Shown: piece after piece, positions 26,606-33,400 of the stretch | Numbering within the stretch: position 1 is the stretch's first letter | Layout of the letters: each line of letters starts with the position of its first letter | DNA from: a virus | Reading direction: 5' to 3' (one strand) | Length of the DNA stretch: 64,000 bases | IMG/VR virus record: IMGVR_UViG_3300045988_073455 | Notes under the pieces: model-generated | The model's database searches: none | The model's input: only the letters and a program-made list of their open reading frames with translations | What the model was told of the DNA's origin: nothing | Translations under genes and position numbers: made by a program

Positions 26606-27440
26606 GAAGGAAATGGAAGAACTGAATACACCTTCAGTTTTCAGATATTACCAAGAAGCACTTGGTAGAGAAAATATCCAATTAGCAGTTGTTGACGAGA
26701 CAGACAACCTCGACTTCATTGACAAAGAGGATGTCGTATTGCTAAGAACTGCAAGTGAGTTACTCATCAATACAATCCGAAAAAAAGGTGTAAGGACCAC
26801 GGCAGAAGATTTTAGCAAGTACGAACTTGTAAGGGATAAAGCTAAACTTGCAAGATGGCTTACAATGAATGGTATTAGAGTACCACATCAGTATCATCAG
26901 GTGTTTGACTTGCACGGAAAAACTTATTTCGTAAAGCCTAGATATGGAAGTGATAGTGTTGGTATCTCTGAACTAAACATCTGTCACACCGCGGATGAAA
27001 TCAGAGTTCAAACAAAAAAGCTTGATCCGAAAGGTAAAGGAGACGTTGTTATAGAAGACTTTATAAATGGAAGAGAATTTACGGTTGTCTGCATAAAAGG
27101 CTTTCCCCTCAGAACATTTGTAATGGAGGTAATCTGTACAACAAATGGCGGCATCCAAACATACGAAAGCAAGAAAAACTATATGGAGGTCGGCTGCAAG
27201 GTCTATGGAGATTTAGATGATAGGGCTAAGAGGATAGCTTCCGATGTTTTCTCCAGTCTTGGGTTACAACATCATGCACGTATTGATATGCGCTGCGATA
27301 ATGAAGGTAACCTTTACGTGATAGACGTCAATCTCCTTCCTGGTCTCGGACCTATTGGAGATTTAGCACGTTGCTTGTTGCTAACAGAAAATATGTCTTA
27401 CATAGATGCTTTGAAAGCAGTCATAGCATCTGCAAGTTAG
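26583..27440 (+). CDS. ATP-grasp ligase (D-Ala-D-Ala-ligase-like)
   Basis: 285 aa with YFVKPRYGSDSVGI, VIEDFINGREFTV and ARIDMRCDNEGNLYVIDVNLLPGL. Overlaps the ParB-like gene by 23 nt. Confidence 0.7.
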   Translation: MIWSITSKKEMEELNTPSVFRYYQEALGRENIQLAVVDETDNLDFIDKEDVVLLRTASELLINTIRKKGVRTTAEDFSKYELVRDKAKLARWLTMNGIRVPHQYHQVFDLHGKTYFVKPRYGSDSVGISELNICHTADEIRVQTKKLDPKGKGDVVIEDFINGREFTVVCIKGFPLRTFVMEVICTTNGGIQTYESKKNYMEVGCKVYGDLDDRAKRIASDVFSSLGLQHHARIDMRCDNEGNLYVIDVNLLPGLGPIGDLARCLLLTENMSYIDALKAVIASAS

Positions 27441-27451
27441 AAAGGTTGATT

Positions 27452-27805
27452 ATGACAAAGGTAAGAAGAACAGAATTAAAAAAAATTGCCGCTGCTTATG
27501 AAAAGAAAGGCGGCAATATGGCTGCTACGGCAGTAGCTTTGGGCATTACACGACAAGCCTTATATAACTGGCGAAAAGAGGATGAGAAGTTAGCCAAGAT
27601 GTTGGATGATATAGATGAAGGCATTCTTGACTTTACTGAAAGCAAGCTGGTCGAAAAGGTGAACGAAGGTAATCTAACTGCAATAATCTTCCTTCTGAAA
27701 ACTAAGGGCAAGAAGCGTGGCTATGTCGAGCAAGTAGATAACAGATTAGTAGAAAACCCATTCGAGAAGTTAATGAAGGAGCTTCCCGATGATGAAGAAG
27801 GATAA
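27452..27805 (+). CDS. terS: terminase small subunit (HTH type)
   Basis: ATG at 27452 inside track ORF 27371..27805. Has the HTH AATAVALGITRQALYNWRK and IIFLLKTKGKKRGY. Positioned upstream of TerL. Confidence 0.6.
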   Translation: MTKVRRTELKKIAAAYEKKGGNMAATAVALGITRQALYNWRKEDEKLAKMLDDIDEGILDFTESKLVEKVNEGNLTAIIFLLKTKGKKRGYVEQVDNRLVENPFEKLMKELPDDEEG

Positions 27806-27807
27806 TT

Positions 27808-28137
27808 ATGTATAACGGAGAATTGTATATACCAGACTGTTTGTTTCCTACGGACAATCCGTTGGAGATACCATGTTTGTTGTCTGATGTGCAACCTCAG
27901 TACATAGAAATCCCATTCTATTGCTTTGGTGAGCAGGCAAGAACAACGAATATGAATGGCAGGGGAACACTCCACTTCTATACTGACGATTATAGATTCC
28001 GGTCAATCTATGAGAAGCCAGAGAAGATTTTGAAGTACAACCCTGGCAGTATTATTGAGCCAAACTTCAGCTTATCAAATGATACTCCAATAGCTTTTGA
28101 GAACCATGAGCATGAGTTCTATAGGTGGGGGGAATAA
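27808..28137 (+). CDS. DUF4417-like protein, apparently the N-terminal fragment only
   Basis: 109 aa. GTLHFYTDDYRFRSIYEKPEKILKY...EPNFSLSNDTPIAF matches the first half of DUF4417 as I recall it, then the ORF ends. Confidence 0.45.
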   Translation: MYNGELYIPDCLFPTDNPLEIPCLLSDVQPQYIEIPFYCFGEQARTTNMNGRGTLHFYTDDYRFRSIYEKPEKILKYNPGSIIEPNFSLSNDTPIAFENHEHEFYRWGE

Positions 28138-28588
28138 GCAAGAAAGCTTCAGTGGCACCAAATCTTATGGCTTCAAGCTCGGTGGAAGAGATGTTGAAGC
28201 AAACTTTAAAAACGGAGCTATTGAAAAAATAGATCAGTACTTTAATCTCTCAACAAAGGATAGGTCTAGATTGCGTAACGCTGTGTCACACGTTCTTGGG
28301 AATACTTTGAATAAAACCAAGGGAAATGAGGTTGATGAGTATATGGTTGGCGGTTTCGATGGAACAGGACTTCGTATAATATCCTCTAGAAATAATTTTA
28401 CAAAAAATATGATGATGGTAGATAAGTATGGAGTCGTCGAATATGGCAAGGGAACAGTCGACCCGTATTTGTTTAGAGGCGAAGACATCAACCCTAAAGT
28501 GTTTAGTAAAGTATTAGACAGGGCGTTAAGAGCGCTTAAAAATCCATATAATGGAGATATAAAGCATAGAGATAAATGGAATATATAA
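28106..28588 (+). CDS. hypothetical protein
   Basis: First ATG of track ORF 28097..28588. No motif recognised. Confidence 0.5.
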   Translation: MSMSSIGGGNKQESFSGTKSYGFKLGGRDVEANFKNGAIEKIDQYFNLSTKDRSRLRNAVSHVLGNTLNKTKGNEVDEYMVGGFDGTGLRIISSRNNFTKNMMMVDKYGVVEYGKGTVDPYLFRGEDINPKVFSKVLDRALRALKNPYNGDIKHRDKWNI

Positions 28589-28694
28589 AATAATTGTTTA
28601 TGGGTAAACGTAGTAATGGAACAAGAGGAATGAATAGTTTCTTATGCAAGACGTATTATAAATAAAAGATAGGAATATTTCACAATAAATAGGA

Positions 28695-29099
28695 ATGAAG
28701 AAAAAAGGATATTACGAATACGACCCTGTTATCTATCCGAGATTGTTATGTGTCGCTATTGGCATGAGCCAAGAAGACGCTAATAAGTGTTTTGAAGGTA
28801 GAAAAGGTGAGGTTTTGAAGGTTGATTTCTCTAATTATGAAGCAATAACCTACGATATAGTTAGAGAAAAGGCGAATAAGAGGCTTTGTGCATTTATTAA
28901 TTTTGCAAGCAAGGATTCTATGAAGATGAGGTGTTGTTGCCATGAAGCTTCTCATGCTTGCGATAACATCGAGAATGATATTGGTATGGAACACGGCGGC
29001 GAACCTTCTGCCTATCTGATAGGTTGGATTGCGTCTTGCATCAACAAGGCTCGTTTGGGTAATGGTGATTTTGTAGAGATTAAGGATAGAGAAAAATAA
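28695..29099 (+). CDS. small HExxH protein, paralog of 61746..62126
   Basis: 134 aa. CCCHEASHACDNIENDIGMEHGGEPSAYLIGWIASC aligns with THEMFHVVTHICESLGIDLKDEEPCYMMGWLCQA. Confidence 0.55.
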   Translation: MKKKGYYEYDPVIYPRLLCVAIGMSQEDANKCFEGRKGEVLKVDFSNYEAITYDIVREKANKRLCAFINFASKDSMKMRCCCHEASHACDNIENDIGMEHGGEPSAYLIGWIASCINKARLGNGDFVEIKDREK

Positions 29100-29112
29100 T
29101 ATTATAAAGAAT

Positions 29113-30627
29113 ATGTCAGAACAGAAAGCAATAAAAAAAATGATTGCATGGCGCAATGATTGGTGTCTCTTCGCTAAGGAAGTCTTGAAGGCTCGCCTTG
29201 ACGAAGAGCAAAAGGCTATATTGCGTTCTGTTCAAAAGAACAAAATGACAACGGTAGCCAGTGGAACTGCAAGGGGTAAGGACTTCATCGCTGCCGTAGC
29301 CGCTTTATGTTTTCTATACCTCACTCCTCGCTTCGGCAAGGATGGTAGTTTAGAAAAGAACACCAAGATTGCCCTTACAGCACCAACAGGAAGACAGGTA
29401 ACAAACATCATGATACCAGAAGTGGCACGTCTTTACAAAAAGGCAGGCTTCCTGCCTGGTCGTTTGCTGTCGGATGGCATCAGAACTGATTATGAGGAAT
29501 GGTATCTGACAGGTTTCAAATCTTCAGCCGACAACACAGAGGCTTGGTCGGGATTCCATGCTGTAAACACCATGTTCATCGTAACAGAAGCATCCGGTAT
29601 CTCGGACACCATCTATAATGCAATCGAGGGTAACCTGCAAGGTAACTCTCGATTGCTATTGGTATTCAACCCAAACGTTACTACAGGGTATGCAGCCAAC
29701 TCCATGAAGTCTCCCAGATTCAAGAAGTTTAGATTATCATCTCTCAACGCAGAGAACGTAGTAAGCAAGAAAAACATTATCCCTGGTCAAGTTGACTATG
29801 AATGGGTATCCGATAAGGTCTCAGCATGGGCACAGAAGATCAGAAAGTCTGAGTTTGATGAAGGTCGTGGTGATTTTGTGTGGGAAGGTGGATATTACAC
29901 TCCAAATGACCTTTTTCGTGTTAAGGTTCTCGGTATGTTTCCGAAGGTGTCCGAAGATACCCTCATTCCATACGAATGGTGCGAGATTGCCCATAGAAGA
30001 TGGAAGGAACTTAAAGATAGTGGCTTTATCACCCATAAGCCAATACGCTTAGGTGTCGATGTCGCAGGTATGGGTCGCGATAGGTCTTGCTATGTTCCAC
30101 GACAAGGAAATTATGTTTCAGAAATCAAGTGTCATAATTCGGGTGGTCATGCGGACCACATGGCAGTCGCAGGTCAAGTCGCACACTACCTAAGTTTGAG
30201 TTCAAAGAATAAAGCATTCATTGATACCATTGGAGAAGGTGCTGGAGTTTATTCAAGACTCATAGAGCAAAAGTATTTAACTGCATTCTCTTGCAAGTTC
30301 TCGGAAGGCGTGAGAAACAAGCATGATGTGACAGGCTGCTACTCTTTCGCTAACATGAGGGCTTATCTGTTTTGGTGCATACGTGACTGGCTCAACCCAA
30401 AGAATGGATTCTTTGCAGCACTCCCACCTGACGATGAGTTGGATCAAGAATTGTGCGAAGTGCATTGGCTGTTTCAGTCAGATGGTTCAATCATCATGGA
30501 ACCAAAAGACGAAATCAAGAAGCGTCTGAAACGTTCTCCCGACAAGATGGATGCCCTTGCCAACACCTTCTATCCATACGACTTCGATAGAGACAATGAT
30601 TTGCAATTGTTAAATAGTATAGTATAA
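29113..30627 (+). CDS. terL: terminase large subunit
   Basis: 504 aa. Has a Walker-A-like ASGTARGKDF, a Walker-B-like MFIVTEA, and the nuclease-domain start LGVDVAGMGRDRS. Confidence 0.8.
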   Translation: MSEQKAIKKMIAWRNDWCLFAKEVLKARLDEEQKAILRSVQKNKMTTVASGTARGKDFIAAVAALCFLYLTPRFGKDGSLEKNTKIALTAPTGRQVTNIMIPEVARLYKKAGFLPGRLLSDGIRTDYEEWYLTGFKSSADNTEAWSGFHAVNTMFIVTEASGISDTIYNAIEGNLQGNSRLLLVFNPNVTTGYAANSMKSPRFKKFRLSSLNAENVVSKKNIIPGQVDYEWVSDKVSAWAQKIRKSEFDEGRGDFVWEGGYYTPNDLFRVKVLGMFPKVSEDTLIPYEWCEIAHRRWKELKDSGFITHKPIRLGVDVAGMGRDRSCYVPRQGNYVSEIKCHNSGGHADHMAVAGQVAHYLSLSSKNKAFIDTIGEGAGVYSRLIEQKYLTAFSCKFSEGVRNKHDVTGCYSFANMRAYLFWCIRDWLNPKNGFFAALPPDDELDQELCEVHWLFQSDGSIIMEPKDEIKKRLKRSPDKMDALANTFYPYDFDRDNDLQLLNSIV

Positions 30628-30628
30628 A

Positions 30629-30660
30629 TTTGCAAGATACAGAAAAGTTTTGTAACTTTG
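30629..30660 (+). promoter_or_regulatory. promoter of candidate sRNA R1
   Basis: TTTG at 30629..30632 and TAacTTTG at 30653..30660, 20-nt spacer. Confidence 0.55.
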
Positions 30661-30666
30661 CAGCCG

Positions 30667-30732
30667 AAACGTTACCTTTAACGTTTCATTGCTCTTAGTG
30701 CACTCCGACCGTGAGGTTAGAGTGCATTTTTT
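30667..30732 (+). ncRNA. candidate sRNA R1 (seed antisense to start-context motif I)
   Basis: 5' hairpin AAACGTT/AACGTTT. Then CGTTTCATTGCTCTTA (30682..30697), of which CATTGCTCTTA (30687..30697) is unpaired. Terminator stem TGCACTC/GAGTGCA followed by T6 (30727..30732). Confidence 0.5.
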
Positions 30733-30866
30733 ATTTAATATAAAGTAATTCAGAAAAAGACTATACACTTCAATATAAGCCTTTCTAAGCGGTTCATTTT
30801 TTATCTCCATATAACTTATACCATTTTTAAGAAATAGACTTACATACACAAAATTAATAGTTTGAC

Positions 30867-31014
30867 ATAAGTATCTGAATAACAATAAGTTAAACTAAGT
30901 TAGCAAAAAGTACTTTATGCTCAAAACATTTGGTCATTTGCAAAAAAATGATTACCTTTGCACTATCAAAAATAAAATAACAATTTAAAAGATAGGAGAT
31001 AAGAGCAATGAAAC
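30867..31014 (+). repeat. direct repeat copy R (orphan gene 3' end plus class I promoter plus leader)
   Basis: Near-identical to 21241..21382. It includes the last 32 nt of gene 21021..21272 without the rest of that gene. Confidence 0.85.
30929..30960 (+). promoter_or_regulatory. class I promoter copy 5
   Basis: TTTGGTCA at 30929 and TAccTTTG at 30953..30960. Confidence 0.65.
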
Positions 31015-31421
31015 TAATTGGAATGGAAACGTCAGATTATAACGAAACACGTTATATACAATGTGAGACAATGGAAGAATACAACGATGTTTTGAAACGT
31101 GAAAAGAGTAAACACGGAATTAAAAATGGTGCAGATGTTACCACTTACGTTTACGAAACATCAAATTCTTCAAAAGTTGCAGGAAAAGTCATTAATACAA
31201 ACCTTGAAGTTGAAATCTACTATACTGGCGCAAAATTTCGTGAACTCTATGCAAAACCATCTACAAATCCAGAAATAGATAGAGAAGTAAAAGCTCATGA
31301 GGTGTATGGAGGCTGCGGCATAATCACATATAAGGAGAAAGGTATCTCAAAACAATACTATGGTGTTGGGCATAAAACATTCAACACCAAGAAAGAAGCG
31401 AAAAAATATATTGATGAGTAA
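31008..31421 (+). CDS. hypothetical protein
   Basis: 137 aa. Motif I start. Confidence 0.55.
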   Translation: MKLIGMETSDYNETRYIQCETMEEYNDVLKREKSKHGIKNGADVTTYVYETSNSSKVAGKVINTNLEVEIYYTGAKFRELYAKPSTNPEIDREVKAHEVYGGCGIITYKEKGISKQYYGVGHKTFNTKKEAKKYIDE

Positions 31422-31437
31422 TTAAAAGATAAGAGCA

Positions 31438-31656
31438 ATGAACGTTTACACAGAATCAGATAGATATACGGTATTACTTCACGCATTCGACACTTTTGAA
31501 GGTGCTTGTGAGTATATAACTCAAATTATAAATGTATGGGAGTGTAAGGTTCTCCCCCTCATAAAAGCATGGAATGACGGTGTGGTTACAGCTAAATGGA
31601 TGGCTAAGAAAACCGAAAAAGGAATAAAATTTGAATTGTTGGATAGCAATGTTTAA
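31438..31656 (+). CDS. hypothetical protein
   Basis: 72 aa. Motif I start. Confidence 0.5.
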   Translation: MNVYTESDRYTVLLHAFDTFEGACEYITQIINVWECKVLPLIKAWNDGVVTAKWMAKKTEKGIKFELLDSNV

Positions 31657-31671
31657 TAGGAGGAAACGGAT

Positions 31672-31863
31672 ATGACAGTATATGAATTATCGGAACTTCA
31701 GAAAGAAGAACTCAAAACCGAAATATTGAAAGATAAGTTTGTTGGGTACAAACTTTCATTCAGAGAGTTAGCATGTGCTAATGATTGCATCAGCGACCGA
31801 GAGTTGTTCGAAAAATTCAAGGACCAGACCTTTACGGATAATGACTTCATCGTATCACGCTAA
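31672..31863 (+). CDS. hypothetical protein
   Basis: 63 aa with GGAGG upstream. Confidence 0.45.
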   Translation: MTVYELSELQKEELKTEILKDKFVGYKLSFRELACANDCISDRELFEKFKDQTFTDNDFIVSR

Positions 31864-31873
31864 ATGGAATCGT

Positions 31874-32194
31874 ATGGAATGCAATTGCACAACAATAGAA
31901 GAGCTTAAATCCGTAACCACGCAGATTAGTGGTGATGAATGGAAAGATTTCTTCTCACTCATCAAAAAAGGCTCATATAGCCTTTATGGTTTCCACCAGT
32001 TTCTTGATGAGAGACCAGACCTATGCTTATTAATTCAAGGTATAGGAGATTACCAAACTGCCATTAAAGCTACGTTAGACGAAATCGGATTGAATGATGG
32101 TGATATAAATGGACCAGGAGGAAATCATCTTAAATTGATTGTGGCGGATCAGATAGGATTCATAGTATATGAAACTAAAGTTATGAACTTTTAA
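31874..32194 (+). CDS. hypothetical protein
   Basis: ATG at 31874 (aatCGTATGga) within track ORF 31775..32194. Sequence MECNCTTIEELK... Confidence 0.5.
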   Translation: MECNCTTIEELKSVTTQISGDEWKDFFSLIKKGSYSLYGFHQFLDERPDLCLLIQGIGDYQTAIKATLDEIGLNDGDINGPGGNHLKLIVADQIGFIVYETKVMNF

Positions 32195-32209
32195 AAATAA
32201 GATAGAGCA

Positions 32210-32386
32210 ATGGAAGAGAACGTTATCATAGCAATGGATGCCGAAAAGTCTAAAAAGATAAAAGGCATTCCTTCAAGTTGGGACTGGGAAGATATTCATT
32301 TCTACCTCATTACTGAATTGGGATTCAATTTTGATGTTGTGTTCAATTATTCAAAAGACATAGAGGAGGTATCTTATGAAGGATAA
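32210..32386 (+). CDS. hypothetical small protein (58 aa)
   Basis: Hand-translated MEENVIIAMDAEKSKKIKGIPSSWDWEDIHFYL... Start lies in ATAGAGCAATGG, a motif I variant. Confidence 0.4.
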   Translation: MEENVIIAMDAEKSKKIKGIPSSWDWEDIHFYLITELGFNFDVVFNYSKDIEEVSYEG

Positions 32387-33056
32387 TGCAAGAACTATCA
32401 AGTACGATTCTATCACATCATACGTAAAGGAATATGGGGTAGAATATCTTAGTAACGAGAACCTTATTGCTTCAATTATCGGTATAGACCCTATGCTACA
32501 GGGTAATGAACCAATAAGAAAAATCTTTGATGGTAGTCATTCCCTCAGAAAGACAAGCAAGAGTACATTGCAGGAGCTTACATCTATCAAAGGAATAGGT
32601 GAAAAGAAGGCTACCGCTATACTCGCTGCATTCGAACTTGGCAGAAGATTCATGAAAGAGAAGTCGCAAGAACTTACAGATTTGGGTAGTTCTCTCGACA
32701 TCTACAACTATATTTTACCATACGTCAAGGATTTAGAAATAGAAGAATCTTATCTGTTCTGTATGGATAGCAACTTCAAGTTAATCAAAATGGTTCGATT
32801 GTCACAAGGTGGAATATCAGAAACCACTATAGACGTAAGAATTGTGTGTAAAGAAGCTATCTCCTGCAATGCCGTAATAATAGCATTGGTTCACAATCAT
32901 CCAAGCCCTAACTGCTTTCCATCAAAGTCTGACGATGAGATAACATATAAGATACAGAAGGCTTGTGAAATTATGAGATTGTATTTTATGGACCACGTTA
33001 TCATCAGTAGCAAGTCCGATCAGTATTACTCTTACCACGACAAAGGGAGACTATAG
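32376..33056 (+). CDS. radC: RadC-like JAB/MPN domain protein
   Basis: 226 aa with an HhH region (LTSIKGIGEKKATAILAAFELGRR) and the JAMM motif ALVHNHPSPNCFPSKSDDEIT. Confidence 0.85.
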   Translation: MKDNARTIKYDSITSYVKEYGVEYLSNENLIASIIGIDPMLQGNEPIRKIFDGSHSLRKTSKSTLQELTSIKGIGEKKATAILAAFELGRRFMKEKSQELTDLGSSLDIYNYILPYVKDLEIEESYLFCMDSNFKLIKMVRLSQGGISETTIDVRIVCKEAISCNAVIIALVHNHPSPNCFPSKSDDEITYKIQKACEIMRLYFMDHVIISSKSDQYYSYHDKGRL

Positions 33057-33130
33057 GCTACAAGCCGATAAAATACCTCAAACCCATAATTACATACCAA
33101 AAGAATCTAACTTGAACACAGAAGATATTT

Positions 33131-33151
33131 TGCACGTTTAAGTGCATTTTT
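33131..33151 (+). terminator. weak intrinsic terminator after radC
   Basis: Stem TGCAC-gtttaa-GTGCA followed by TTTTT. Confidence 0.4.
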
Positions 33152-33236
33152 ATTGCATCTTATCTTTCAAGGGAGGGCTGTGAAGTTCTCCCTTGATTAT
33201 TGAAATGAAAATAATTTCTCACTTTTTTTGCAAAAA

Positions 33237-33270
33237 CTATTTGTTGATTAAATAATATTTCGTATATTTG
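33237..33270 (+). promoter_or_regulatory. class II promoter copy 3 (structural operon)
   Basis: CTATTTGTTGATTAAATA at 33237..33254 and TAtaTTTG at 33263..33270. The upstream AAAATAATTTCTCACTTTTTTT is shared with the copy at 22011. Confidence 0.65.
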
Positions 33271-33277
33271 CACCCAT

Positions 33278-33378
33278 AAAAGCGTGTGAAGATGCACGTG
33301 ACAGAACTTTTCGTAACATTGCTCTTACACCGAGTTCTACGTTTGGTCTGCCTGCATTTCGCTCGCAGACCATTTTTT
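33278..33378 (+). ncRNA. candidate sRNA / terminated leader R2 (loop antisense to start-context motif I)
   Basis: Hairpin AGAACT(33303..08)/AGTTCT(33333..38) displays CATTGCTCTTA (33317..33327) in its loop. Terminator GGTCTGC/GCAGACC (33345..33371) followed by T6 (33373..33378). Confidence 0.5.
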
Positions 33379-33400
33379 GTTAAATATAACTCAACAAGCA

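Noticed and set aside
1900-31010. Dispersed repeats as a possible CRISPR array or MITE family
   Set aside because: The copies are kilobases apart. Each contains -33/-7 promoter boxes and ends at a start codon, and there are no short regularly spaced spacers. They are duplicated promoter-leader cassettes.
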